This document shows, in pieces, positions 15,326-24,713 of a stretch of 32,000 nt of DNA. The position numbers and the translations under genes were made by a program. Every line of letters begins with the position of its first letter. The first letter of the stretch is position 1. A model generated the notes under the pieces. It saw only the letters and a program-made list of their open reading frames with translations, made no database searches and was not told the DNA's origin. The stretch is from an uncultured archaeon (GTDB lineage Archaea; Iainarchaeota; Iainarchaeia; Iainarchaeales; DATDZZ01): positions 1 to 32,000 of the forward strand of contig CAYJVY010000007.1 in NCBI GenBank assembly GCA_964373795.1, written 5' to 3'.

Positions 15326-15373
15326 GTAGTATATTGTGCACATTGTAATATAAATAGTTTTTGCATGGCATAT

Positions 15374-16153
15374 TTATGTTTCCTTCCTCAACCCTTCCGC
15401 AAATTCTTTTAGTTTCTTCAAATCCTTGTTTTCTTGAAAGTTTTTTATCAGCGCGCTCCCAATGATTGCTCCGTTTGCTCCTGCTTTTGCAATTTGTTTC
15501 ACTTGCTCTGGAGAGCTAATTCCAAATCCAACGCATATAGGGAGAGAAGAATTTTTTTTCGCCCGAAAAATGAATTGAATTGTTTTTTCATCAAATTCTT
15601 TTCTTTCACCTGTAACTCCTAGAACGCTCACTAAATATAAAAAGCCTTTTCCTTTTGCAGAGATTTCTTTAATTCTTTCATTTGAAGTTGATTGTGCGAT
15701 TAAAAATATTGGATCTAAAGAATTTTTCTCCATTGCTGGAAGAAAAATTTTTGATTCCTCTAATGGCATGTCTGCGAAAAGTATTCCATTTACTCCTGAT
15801 TTTTTCGCACGCATGCAGAAATTGTCAAAACCAATTGCATGTGCGAGATTTGAGTAAACAAGTAATCCAATTGGCTCGGAAAAAAATTTTCGAATTTTTG
15901 CAATCAATGCAAACGCTTTTTCAGTATTCATTCCATTTTCCAAGGCTTTTTGTGAAGCTTCTTGGATTGTTTTTCCGTCTGCAATTGGCTCGGAAAAAGG
16001 AATTCCTAATTCTAATGCATCGGCTCCAGCTTCAACTAGTGCACGAGAAATTTCAAGACAAGTTTTTTCATCAGGGTAACCAAGCTCAATGAATGGAATG
16101 AATGCAATTCTTTTTTCTTTTTCAAGCTTGGAAAATAATTCTTTGAAATTCAC
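15374..16153 (-). CDS. trpA: Tryptophan synthase alpha subunit
   Basis: [24 protein letters not shown] and GFGISSPEQ motifs are present. It has a 4-nt overlap with trpB. Confidence 0.9.
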   Translation of the reverse strand: MNFKELFSKLEKEKRIAFIPFIELGYPDEKTCLEISRALVEAGADALELGIPFSEPIADGKTIQEASQKALENGMNTEKAFALIAKIRKFFSEPIGLLVYSNLAHAIGFDNFCMRAKKSGVNGILFADMPLEESKIFLPAMEKNSLDPIFLIAQSTSNERIKEISAKGKGFLYLVSVLGVTGERKEFDEKTIQFIFRAKKNSSLPICVGFGISSPEQVKQIAKAGANGAIIGSALIKNFQENKDLKKLKEFAEGLRKET

Positions 16154-17328
16154 TTGAAGGTCCCCTCGCGATGCATGTATTCTAAGTCTTTGTCTCCTCT
16201 GCCTGAGAGATTGATTAAAATTATTTCTTCTTTTTTTACTTTGCCTTCAAGCTTTAATGCTTCTGCAATCGCATGCGCGGATTCTAGTGCAGGAATTATT
16301 CCTTCTTGTTCACTTAAAATTTTGAATGCATTAGTTGCTTCTTCATCTGTTGCAAAAGAATATTTTACTCTATGCTTTTCGTGAAGCATTGAATGTTCTG
16401 GGCCAACAGCTGAGTAATCTAATCCAGCTGAAATTGAATGAGTATTCATTATTTGCCCCCATTCATCTTGTAATACAAATGTTTTTGCTCCGTGAATTAT
16501 TCCTTTTCTTCCAAACCTTGAATCAGAGAATCTTGCTGCATGCTTTCCACTTGAAATTCCTTTTCCTCCTGCCTCGACTCCAATTAATTCCACTTTGTCT
16601 TCCAAGAATTCTTTGAATATTCCTATTGCATTACTGCCTCCTCCAACGCATGCAATTATTTTGTTTGGAAGCTTGCCTTCTAATTCAAGGATTTGTTTTT
16701 TTGCTTCTCTGCCAATAATTGATTGAAAATGTGAAACAATTGAAGGATATGGATGCGGCCCTAAGGCACTGCCTAACAAGTAATGAGTTGATTCAAAGGA
16801 AGCAGTGTAATCCCTTAAGCATTCATTTATTGCATCCTTTAATGTTTTACTTCCAGAGTTAACTGGAATTACTTTTGCTCCGCATAACTTCATTCTTTGC
16901 ACATTTGGTTGTTGTCTTTCCATATCAATTGTTCCCATGAAAACATCGCATTCCAAGCCAAGTTTTGCTGCTGCAACAGCTGAAGCAAACCCATGTTGGC
17001 CAGCTCCTGTTTCAGCAATAATTCTTTTCTTGCCTAATTCTTTTGCAATTAATGCTTGTCCAAGAGTATTATTTAATTTGTGTGCCCCAGTATGCAATAA
17101 GTCTTCGCGTTTCAAGTAAATCTTGCAACCAATTTTTTTACTTAAGTTTTCGCAAAAAGTTATTGGAGTTGGCCTGCCAGCAAAGTTTTTCAATAAATCA
17201 TTTAATTTTGCGTTAAATTTTTCACTGCTTTTAAGTCTTTGAAAAGCTTCATCTAATTCTTTTAATGGTTTTACAAGCGTTTCAGGAATGAATATTCCCC
17301 CGAATTCTCCGAAATATCCTTTCCTCAT
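16150..17328 (-). CDS. trpB: Tryptophan synthase beta subunit
   Basis: [28 protein letters not shown] (PLP lysine) and GGGSNAIG motifs are present. Confidence 0.95.
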   Translation of the reverse strand: MRKGYFGEFGGIFIPETLVKPLKELDEAFQRLKSSEKFNAKLNDLLKNFAGRPTPITFCENLSKKIGCKIYLKREDLLHTGAHKLNNTLGQALIAKELGKKRIIAETGAGQHGFASAVAAAKLGLECDVFMGTIDMERQQPNVQRMKLCGAKVIPVNSGSKTLKDAINECLRDYTASFESTHYLLGSALGPHPYPSIVSHFQSIIGREAKKQILELEGKLPNKIIACVGGGSNAIGIFKEFLEDKVELIGVEAGGKGISSGKHAARFSDSRFGRKGIIHGAKTFVLQDEWGQIMNTHSISAGLDYSAVGPEHSMLHEKHRVKYSFATDEEATNAFKILSEQEGIIPALESAHAIAEALKLEGKVKKEEIILINLSGRGDKDLEYMHREGTFK

Positions 17329-18062
17329 TTCTTTAACCCCTTTAATTCCCTTAACTTTTGTTCAATATTTTTTGCTTGCATTAAACTTGAACCAATTAAA
17401 AAGTTATTCACTTTTCCTTTTAGTTGAGCAATTTGAGAATAATTTTCAAATCCGGATTCTGCAATAAAAATTCTTTTCTGGAATTCTTTTTTAGGCACCA
17501 TGTGTAAAACTTTTTCAGTGTTCCGCAAATCAATTTTTAGTGTTTTCAAATTCCTATTATTTATTCCAATTATTTCTGCTTTTGTTTCAAGAACTTTTTT
17601 CATTTCAGCAGAAGAATGCACTTCAACTAAACATTCCAATCCTATTTCTTTTCCTTTTGCAATGAATTCATTAATTTTTTTATTACCAAGTAATGAAGCA
17701 ATCAACAAAATATTATCGGCGCCTGCAAGTTTTGCTTCAAATAATTGCATTTCTTGTAAAACAAAATCTTTTACTAGAATTGGCAACTCTGTTTCCATTC
17801 TCACTTTTCTAATCAATTCAAAGCTTCCATTAAACCTTGCATCAGTAACAACAGAAATAGCACTTGCGTATTTATTATATGCTTTGAGGATTTTTTTCGT
17901 GTCTAGGTTTGTGCGCAAAACTCCTTTTGAAGGACTTTTTTGTTTAATCTCTGCAATTATATTAATTCCTTTTTTTTGTAAAGCTTTTTTCAAGCTCCGT
18001 GCAAATACTTTGCATTTCAATTCTTTTTTTTTTGCTTTTACAGTTTCTTTAAGAAAATTCAT
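17325..18062 (-). CDS. trpC: Indole-3-glycerol phosphate synthase
   Basis: [38 protein letters not shown] and IGINNRNL motifs are present. At 245 aa it has a single domain and no TrpF domain. Confidence 0.85.
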   Translation of the reverse strand: MNFLKETVKAKKKELKCKVFARSLKKALQKKGINIIAEIKQKSPSKGVLRTNLDTKKILKAYNKYASAISVVTDARFNGSFELIRKVRMETELPILVKDFVLQEMQLFEAKLAGADNILLIASLLGNKKINEFIAKGKEIGLECLVEVHSSAEMKKVLETKAEIIGINNRNLKTLKIDLRNTEKVLHMVPKKEFQKRIFIAESGFENYSQIAQLKGKVNNFLIGSSLMQAKNIEQKLRELKGLKK

Positions 18063-19074
18063 TTGTTCGCCTCTTTAGTTCTTCCAATTTTTGTAAAGCT
18101 TTTCCTGAATCAATTGTTTCCTCTGCAAGTTTGATTCCTTCTTTAATGCTTGAAACTTTTTCAGCAGAGTAAAGTGCTGCTCCAGCATTGAACAAAACAA
18201 TGTCTTTTTTTGCTCCTTTTTCTCCTTTCAAAATCCGCAGAATTGTTTTAGCATTTTCTTTTGGCGTTCCGCCTTGTAGTTCCTCAATTCTTGCTTTCCG
18301 TAAACCAAATTCTTCTGGAGTAATTGAGTATTCTTTTACATTTCCTTTGTTTAACTCAAAAACCTGTGTTTTTCCGCATGTTGATATTTCATCCATTCCT
18401 GGAAAGCCGTGTACAATTAATGCCTTTTTTACTTTCAGGTTTTTCAAAACATTTGCCATTTTTTTTGCAACATCTAAAGAGTATGCTCCAGTTAATCTGT
18501 ATTCTGCGTTTGCTGGATTAGTTAGTGGGCCAACAATATTGAAAATTGTTCTGGTTGCAAGTTTTTTTCTAACATTTGCTACTTGTTTCATTGCAGGATG
18601 AGCTAAGGGAGCAAACAAAAAACCTATTCCTATTTCTTCAATTATTTTTTCAACTTTTTCAGGAGTCAAATTAATGTTTACTCCTAGTTCTGTTAATACA
18701 TCTGAACTTCCAGATTTAGATGAAACTCCTTTATTTCCATGTTTTGCAATTTTACAGCCTGCTCCTGCTGCAACAAACATTGCAGTAGTACTAATATTAA
18801 ATGTGTTTAAATTGTCTCCCCCTGTTCCAACAATATCTAACAAGCCTTGAACTTTTGGCTTGCAAGAAACCATTTTTTCCTGCATTACTTTTACTGCTCC
18901 AAGTATTTCTGAAATGCTTTCACCTTTTTCTTTTAATTCAAGCAAAAATTTTTCCATTTCTTCTTCTAATGCTTTTCCTTCCATTATTTCTTTGAATACC
19001 TGCATTGATTCTGTTTCAGTTAAATCTTGTTTTTTTGACAATTTTTGAATTGCTTTTAGAATCATTTTTTTCAC
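18049..19074 (-). CDS. trpD: Anthranilate phosphoribosyltransferase
   Basis: VGTGGDNLNTFNISTTAMFVAAGAG and KHGNKGVSSKSGSSDVL motifs are present. Confidence 0.9.
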   Translation of the reverse strand: MKKMILKAIQKLSKKQDLTETESMQVFKEIMEGKALEEEMEKFLLELKEKGESISEILGAVKVMQEKMVSCKPKVQGLLDIVGTGGDNLNTFNISTTAMFVAAGAGCKIAKHGNKGVSSKSGSSDVLTELGVNINLTPEKVEKIIEEIGIGFLFAPLAHPAMKQVANVRKKLATRTIFNIVGPLTNPANAEYRLTGAYSLDVAKKMANVLKNLKVKKALIVHGFPGMDEISTCGKTQVFELNKGNVKEYSITPEEFGLRKARIEELQGGTPKENAKTILRILKGEKGAKKDIVLFNAGAALYSAEKVSSIKEGIKLAEETIDSGKALQKLEELKRRTNEFS

Positions 19075-19661
19075 TTTGTTGAAATCATTTCAAGCACGTT
19101 TTCAATTATTTTTCCGCCTTGAGTTGTCATAATGCTTTCAGGATGAAATTGCACTCCTTCAAAAAATTTTTCTTTATGTCTTACAGCCATTACAATTCCT
19201 TCACGAGTTTTAGCGCTCACCTCAAGACATTCTGGAACTTTTGAAGCTATAAGTGAATGGTATCTTCCAACTTGTAATTCTTTTTCAATGCCTTTGAAAA
19301 TTGTTTTTCCGTTGTGAATTATTTTTGATTTTTTTCCGTGTACTGGCAAGCCACTTGGCTCTACTTTTCCTCCGAATACTTCTACTCCGCATTGATGCCC
19401 TAAGCAAATTCCTAATACAGGAATTTTTCCAGTAAATTCTTTTATTGCATAATTTGAAATGCCTGCTTCTTTTGGAGAAGATGGTCCTGGTGAAACAACT
19501 ATTAAATTTGGTTGAAATTCGTTCACTATTTTTTGAAAGTCTTTTTCTGAAATATTTGCTCTAACAATTTTTACTTTGCATTCGCGTTTCTCGAATTCTT
19601 CAACTAAATTGAATACAAATGAATCAAAATTGTCAATGAATAAAACTTTTTTTTCATTCAA
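19071..19661 (-). CDS. trpG: Anthranilate synthase component II (glutamine amidotransferase)
   Basis: IDNFDSFVFNL, GICLGHQ and FHPES triad motifs are present. Confidence 0.9.
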   Translation of the reverse strand: MNEKKVLFIDNFDSFVFNLVEEFEKRECKVKIVRANISEKDFQKIVNEFQPNLIVVSPGPSSPKEAGISNYAIKEFTGKIPVLGICLGHQCGVEVFGGKVEPSGLPVHGKKSKIIHNGKTIFKGIEKELQVGRYHSLIASKVPECLEVSAKTREGIVMAVRHKEKFFEGVQFHPESIMTTQGGKIIENVLEMISTK

Positions 19662-21276
19662 ATTTAACGCCTCCTGCTTGTTTTATTGCTTCAATGCATG
19701 CTTTTGCTTTGTTTTCTGTTTCCAAGAACTCGTTTTCTGGAAAAGAATCAAACACTATTCCTGCTCCGCTTCGAATAAATGCTTTTTTGTTTTTCACTCT
19801 AACAGATCTAATAATGATTGCAGAATTAAATTCCTCTGAAGGAGTTAAATAGCATATTGCTCCTCCATAATATCCTCGCGCTGTTTTTTCGTATTTTCTG
19901 AGTAACTCCATTGCTTTAATTTTTGGCGCTCCAGACATTGTTCCAACGCTTGCTAATGCAATGAATGCATTAAATACATTGAATTCTTCGCGGAGTTCAC
20001 CTGTAATAGTTGACACTAAATGTTGAACAAATCTATATTTTTCTACACTGAAAAGCTGTGAAGCATGTCTTGTTCCTGTTTTGCATACTTTGGCTAAATC
20101 GTTTCTAGCCAAGTCAACTAGCATTGTGTGTTCAGCTAATTCTTTTTCATCTAATTTTAATTCTGTTTCATACCTTGAATCTAAGTCTCCGTTTATTTTT
20201 CCGTTTACAATTCCTCTAGGCTTTGTTCCAGCAATTGGTCTTGTTTCTAAAATTGTTTTCCCGTTTTTTTTGCTTAACTGTAAATACATTTCTGGCGAGG
20301 CTCCGAATAAAATTCCTTCTTCTGTTTTAAAATAATACATATAAGGAGATGGATTATTTTTTTTCAAGTTTTTGTATGCCTCTAATGGGTTGGAATTGAA
20401 ATCCATGATTGTTGTTCTAGAGGGAACTGCTTGAAAAATATCTCCAACAAAAATGTGTTTTTTTATTTCTTCAACTATTTTAATGAATTCTTTTTTTGAA
20501 GTATCTGTTTCAATTTTTCCTTTAATTGGAGAATTTAATTCTGGGTGCATGCTGTGCTCGTTTAATTCTTCTTCCATTAATTCAATGTTTTTAATGCTTT
20601 CCTGGATTTCATTTTCTTCTTCTCCGTGTGAATTCATTCTTAATATATTTGAAATCAAGTACAACTTGTTTTCTTTGTGATTGAATACAAATAAATTGTC
20701 TGCATAAAGAAATTCATAATATGGGTCTGCAATTCCTTTGTCTTTGTATTTAGGTAGTTCTTCGAATGCTTCTACAAAATCAAAAGACACAGGGCCGAAT
20801 AATCCTCCATAGCATGAAACTGGTTTAATTGTTGGCTTGAACTTGAATGCAATTTTTTCTAAAACCTTGAATTGTTTAATGTCTTTAAGTCTTTCTCTTT
20901 CATCCAAGTTTTTTTCTTTTTCAATTACTTTTCCTGAAATTTCTTTTTCGCTGACTTTTAATTCTTTGCAGAAATCAAAATCTTTTTCAATGAATTTTAA
21001 AAACTTTTTTCCTTTTTCATTTAATGCTTTGATTTCAAATTTTTCTGCATCGCATTTTATGTACAAGCAAGGATTTATTACTCCAATGCTTTCAATTCCG
21101 TATTTTTCAATTATTTCAGCTGATTCAAATAAAACTGAATTGTTTTTTGTTCCATAATCAGTTAATTTTGCAAAAAAGTTTACTGGATCTATTTTGCAGT
21201 TAATTTCTTTGTATATTGGAATAATGCTTCCAATTTTTGCTTGTCTTGCAATTTCCAATCCAATTACTTGCTCCAT
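19654..21276 (-). CDS. trpE: Anthranilate synthase component I
   Basis: VLFESAE (LLES-type feedback region), PSPYMYYF, RPIAGT, EHTMLVDLARND and GYYGGAI motifs are present. A strong AGGAGG lies 8 nt upstream of the ATG. Confidence 0.9.
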   Translation of the reverse strand: MEQVIGLEIARQAKIGSIIPIYKEINCKIDPVNFFAKLTDYGTKNNSVLFESAEIIEKYGIESIGVINPCLYIKCDAEKFEIKALNEKGKKFLKFIEKDFDFCKELKVSEKEISGKVIEKEKNLDERERLKDIKQFKVLEKIAFKFKPTIKPVSCYGGLFGPVSFDFVEAFEELPKYKDKGIADPYYEFLYADNLFVFNHKENKLYLISNILRMNSHGEEENEIQESIKNIELMEEELNEHSMHPELNSPIKGKIETDTSKKEFIKIVEEIKKHIFVGDIFQAVPSRTTIMDFNSNPLEAYKNLKKNNPSPYMYYFKTEEGILFGASPEMYLQLSKKNGKTILETRPIAGTKPRGIVNGKINGDLDSRYETELKLDEKELAEHTMLVDLARNDLAKVCKTGTRHASQLFSVEKYRFVQHLVSTITGELREEFNVFNAFIALASVGTMSGAPKIKAMELLRKYEKTARGYYGGAICYLTPSEEFNSAIIIRSVRVKNKKAFIRSGAGIVFDSFPENEFLETENKAKACIEAIKQAGGVKFE

Positions 21277-21518
21277 TTAATTTCCTCCTTTAAATTTTGA
21301 TATAGAAAGATTTTTAGCCTTCAACTATTGAATTTTTTTAAATAGTTTAGACTGTTTTAAAAAGTTTTAATGAATGGCTTTAAAGCCAACGCCAAAACCG
21401 GCTTTTCTTAAAATTAATGAATTGTTTTTTATGGAAACCATTATCTAAATTAAAATCAGAAACTCCAGGGCAAATTTTTTTTATTCATGCTTCCACAATA
21501 ATTTATTGCCCTAACCTA

Positions 21519-21530
21519 TTTAAATAGTTT
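21519..21530 (+). promoter_or_regulatory. TATA-like box TTTAAATAGTTT upstream of the ferredoxin gene
   Basis: It ends 21 nt before the ATG at 21552, so the transcript should be leaderless or nearly so. The same 12-mer occurs at 21337-21348 and, on the minus strand, at 3719-3730. Confidence 0.4.
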
Positions 21531-21551
21531 TTGTTTAAAATTTGTGTTAAA

Positions 21552-21869
21552 ATGAATTTCAAAAAACATGTCTTGGTTTGCACTAATGAAAAGCCTTTGC
21601 ATTGCGCCGAAAAAGGTGGTTTAGAATTATTTCAAGCCTTTAAAGAACAGCTTCAAGCAAAAGGTTTGCAAAATGATTTCCTTGTTTCAAAGACTGGTTG
21701 CACTCATCAGCATGCTTGTGGGCCTACAGTAATAATTTATCCTGAAGGAGTCTGGCTTAAAGAAGTAAAAAAAGAAGATGTTTCAGAAATACTTGATTCT
21801 TTAAAAGAAGGAAAAATTGTTCAACGTTTGTTGAATTCAAATATTTCAGTTCAAGGTCGCGCGCCTTGA
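21552..21869 (+). CDS. Thioredoxin-like [2Fe-2S] ferredoxin
   Basis: HVLVCTNEKPLHCAEKGG ... GCTHQHACGPTVIIYPEGVW gives four Cys in the arrangement of the Trx-like Fd family. I prefer the ATG at 21552 to the listed TTG at 21531. Confidence 0.6.
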   Translation: MNFKKHVLVCTNEKPLHCAEKGGLELFQAFKEQLQAKGLQNDFLVSKTGCTHQHACGPTVIIYPEGVWLKEVKKEDVSEILDSLKEGKIVQRLLNSNISVQGRAP

Positions 21870-21955
21870 ATCACGGTCGCGCCTAGGAATGTGAGGCTAA
21901 CACAGGCAATAAGCCTTGTTGACTGTTGTCTCAGCTCGTCGGCTGCTTCGTCGGT
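21850..21955. other. Second GC-rich island between convergent genes; hairpin plus direct repeats, class unknown
   Basis: My hand count is 59 G+C in 110 nt (21851-21960). A 7-bp hairpin TTCAAGG(21850-56)/CCTTGAA(21864-70) spans the ferredoxin stop codon. GGTCGCGC repeats at 21855 and 21875, and CGTCGG at 21937 and 21949. Confidence 0.3.
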
Positions 21956-22873
21956 TTAAAGTAATTGCACTACGTTATAGATAATCAAACTTAGTGGTAC
22001 TAAAATTGTTGCGTAAACAATTGCTTTTTTTGAATTGTTTTCTGTTTGTGCAATAAAAATTGAAGCAATTATTGCATATAAAAAAATGTATACTTGGTTT
22101 GAAAGAAGCACTGCTTCAAATAGTTTTTTTCTCTCCCCAATTGTTAAACCAAAATCAATTCCTTGAATTAAATCAATATTTAAACTATTGATTAGTCCAA
22201 CAATTAATCCTAAAATTAATGGTAATAGTATTCCTCCTGCAAAAATTAAGGTGTATTTTTCAATTGTTAAATTAGCAATTCTTTCTTGTAGCAAGCTTTG
22301 AGTTTCCATTATTTCTTCAGCTGTTTCTTTGAAAATTAAATTCATTTCAGCTCCTGAATGATATCCTTGAATTAATAGATTAATTGCTTTATTCACTGTT
22401 TGAGAATTAATTCTTTTTTTCATGTGTTCTAAGGCTTGTTCAACTGCTGCTCCTTTTTCAATTTCAGAGTTAACTTTGCCAAATTCTTGACTTAAAACTC
22501 CGAAATTTGTTTTCCCTAAATATGAAATAATTGTTACAATTGATGTTTGTTTTGGAAAAACGCTTGCTTGAAGTAATGCATCTGGAATTAGTTTTTCAAT
22601 TTCTTGTTTTCTTTTTTCAAATAAAAACATTTGGATTAAATAATTTGCAATTAATGGAAAAATCAATGCCAGAATTGAGAAAATTAGTAAAGTTTCTTGG
22701 ACCTTTAAAAAAGTTAAAACAGTTAAAACAATTATTCCTAAAACTATTCCTTGATATAAAGAATTTTTAATTAAATTTTTTAAACCTTTTTTGAAATTGT
22801 TTTCTTTTAACTTGTTTTCAATTTCTTGAATTTTTTCTTTTCCTAGAAATTGGTTTAAAACCTCTTCAATCAT
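21956..22873 (-). CDS. Type II secretion F-domain platform protein, single domain (TadC/FlaJ-half-like)
   Basis: A soluble helical T2SF-like segment (IPDALLQASVF...AVEQALEHMKKRINSQTVNKAINLLIQGYHSGAEM) is flanked by TM helices. Confidence 0.6.
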   Translation of the reverse strand: MIEEVLNQFLGKEKIQEIENKLKENNFKKGLKNLIKNSLYQGIVLGIIVLTVLTFLKVQETLLIFSILALIFPLIANYLIQMFLFEKRKQEIEKLIPDALLQASVFPKQTSIVTIISYLGKTNFGVLSQEFGKVNSEIEKGAAVEQALEHMKKRINSQTVNKAINLLIQGYHSGAEMNLIFKETAEEIMETQSLLQERIANLTIEKYTLIFAGGILLPLILGLIVGLINSLNIDLIQGIDFGLTIGERKKLFEAVLLSNQVYIFLYAIIASIFIAQTENNSKKAIVYATILVPLSLIIYNVVQLL

Positions 22874-22948
22874 TAAAAAATTAGACTTGCATTGATTTAA
22901 ATTAATTAATTTGAATTCGTTTTTTGTCGAACTGTTTTAAGCAATTTG

Positions 22949-23854
22949 TTATTTTGTTTTAGTGTTTTCTAAATAGATTTTCACGCTTGCAATTGAACTT
23001 AAAATGCTTGAATAAATTCCAACTGGAATCATTAACATTAATATTATTAGAATTCCAATGTAAGGAATTATTATTAATATAAGAAAAATAGATTGAACAA
23101 ATTGCATTATTCCTACTATAAATATGATTAAAAACAAGCTTACAACTAAATTAAATAAATAATTTTTTTTTCCAAGTTCAATAATTCTTTTAATTGATTC
23201 CTTAACCGAGGTATTTTCCAACAATATTTGTGGTTCAAGAATAATAAAGAAAGGACTAACTAAAAATGATGTCCAAATAGCAACCATTACTAATACAAGT
23301 AAAACTAATAAAAATAATATTAAAAGAAGTCCAAAAATTGCTCCTGAAGAACTTCCTCCTAAAGCACCTATTACAAGTAATAAAACTACTCCGGCTAAAC
23401 TTACTCCTCCAAAAATAAGCCCTAACACCGCCATAATTAATGCTCTAACGAAAAATAGTTTTATTGCTCTTGGCTTTGCTTTTTCAAATACTTCTTTTAA
23501 ATTAAACTTTCCTTTTTTTAGAAATTCGTTTACTCCGTTTATTTTTATTCCACTAATAAACGCGCTTAGAAATAAATAAATTAAAAGCAAAACCAGGAAT
23601 GCAATTACTCCTAAAATTAATGGGACAATTAATGCAATAGGCCCCACAAGAGATAAGGCTGCTGCTAAAAGGAATAAAACAAATCCTATTCCTAGTCCTG
23701 CAAATAAAAGAACTGTGAATAAAACTAACTCTAATGCGTAAACAATTAGGTGTAAAATAATTAATTGCAATGAAAAACTGTTACTGAATGTAATTCGCAA
23801 TAATTCGAAAATCTTTTTTGAATCCAAGCTTTTCAATGAAAGATTTACCACCAT
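22949..23854 (-). CDS. Polytopic membrane protein, unknown family
   Basis: A 301-aa ORF made almost entirely of long Leu/Ile/Val/Phe/Gly stretches, with about 6-7 predicted TM segments by eye. It sits between the two platform genes. Confidence 0.5.
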   Translation of the reverse strand: MVVNLSLKSLDSKKIFELLRITFSNSFSLQLIILHLIVYALELVLFTVLLFAGLGIGFVLFLLAAALSLVGPIALIVPLILGVIAFLVLLLIYLFLSAFISGIKINGVNEFLKKGKFNLKEVFEKAKPRAIKLFFVRALIMAVLGLIFGGVSLAGVVLLLVIGALGGSSSGAIFGLLLILFLLVLLVLVMVAIWTSFLVSPFFIILEPQILLENTSVKESIKRIIELGKKNYLFNLVVSLFLIIFIVGIMQFVQSIFLILIIIPYIGILIILMLMIPVGIYSSILSSIASVKIYLENTKTK

Positions 23855-23893
23855 GACAAAATTAATTTAAAAGTATTTAAATTTCTTTGCATT

Positions 23894-24703
23894 TTAGCTT
23901 CTCAAAAAAATAGGAGTTTTTATTTTAATGAAGTATAAAATTGCAATATCTACTAATGGAAATCCGATACAGGTTATTAAAATGATTTGAAGTGGAGTAA
24001 AACCTATCTTTAAAAACATTGATCCAATTAATGTAAAGGCTTGAAACAAAGCTGGAAGAATAGCTGAAACAGCTATAAACATTAATGAAAATAAAACCAT
24101 TTTTCCTGAAAACTGTTTTGAAATATTTTTTTGCTTAATTAACTGTTCTTCAGCTATTTTCTTTAATGCTTCTCCTTTTAACTCGTTTTTGTTTCCTTGT
24201 TCATAAATATTTATTAGTTGTGCAATAGTTCTAGTTAAAATGTTTGAATCAATTCTTTCACTTAAATGAAATAATGCTTCTTGAATGCTTGCCCCGTTTT
24301 CTTTTATTTCTTTTAAAACTTTTTTTAACTCAACTGAAACTACTCCGTATTTTTCATTTGAAATATTTTCAAGTGCTTTAAAGAATGGAACATTAATGTT
24401 TAATTCAACTGCTAAAGCCATTAAAGCAAAAGGTAAATCTTTTTCAATTAAAGCGGCTGTTTTATTCTTTTTACTAATGGGGTTAAAGAAAGCATAACAA
24501 ATGCTTAAGAAAAAAGTGATAATTAAAACTATTATGGATTGAATTAGGTTTTCAATTATTAGTAGAAACAAAAAACTTCCAATAACTGAAACTATTCCTC
24601 CATAAAATAAGTGTTTTTTTAAATAGATTTCTAGAGGTAAATCTATTTGTGCGTAAAATAAATTTTTTTCAAGAGTTTTTAATTGGTTTTCAAGTAGATT
24701 CAT
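23894..24703 (-). CDS. Type II secretion F-domain platform protein, single domain (TadB/FlaJ-half-like)
   Basis: It has a T2SF-like segment (LPFALMALAVELNINVPFFKALENIS...ASIQEALFHLSERIDSNILTRTIAQLINIYEQG) plus TM helices. Its ATG lies 10 nt after the ATPase stop and is preceded by AGGA. Confidence 0.6.
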   Translation of the reverse strand: MNLLENQLKTLEKNLFYAQIDLPLEIYLKKHLFYGGIVSVIGSFLFLLIIENLIQSIIVLIITFFLSICYAFFNPISKKNKTAALIEKDLPFALMALAVELNINVPFFKALENISNEKYGVVSVELKKVLKEIKENGASIQEALFHLSERIDSNILTRTIAQLINIYEQGNKNELKGEALKKIAEEQLIKQKNISKQFSGKMVLFSLMFIAVSAILPALFQAFTLIGSMFLKIGFTPLQIILITCIGFPLVDIAILYFIKIKTPIFLRS

Positions 24704-24713
24704 TTTAATTCCT

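Noticed and set aside
21370-21411. A 13-codon plus-strand mini-ORF (MNGFKANAKTGFS) considered as a trp leader peptide or attenuator, and a 36-codon ORF from the ATG at 21418.
   Set aside because: The 13-codon ORF has no Trp codons and lies on the strand opposite to the trp operon. The 36-codon ORF has one Trp and no supporting signals. Both start within the TTAATGAAT repeat, which explains the ATGs.
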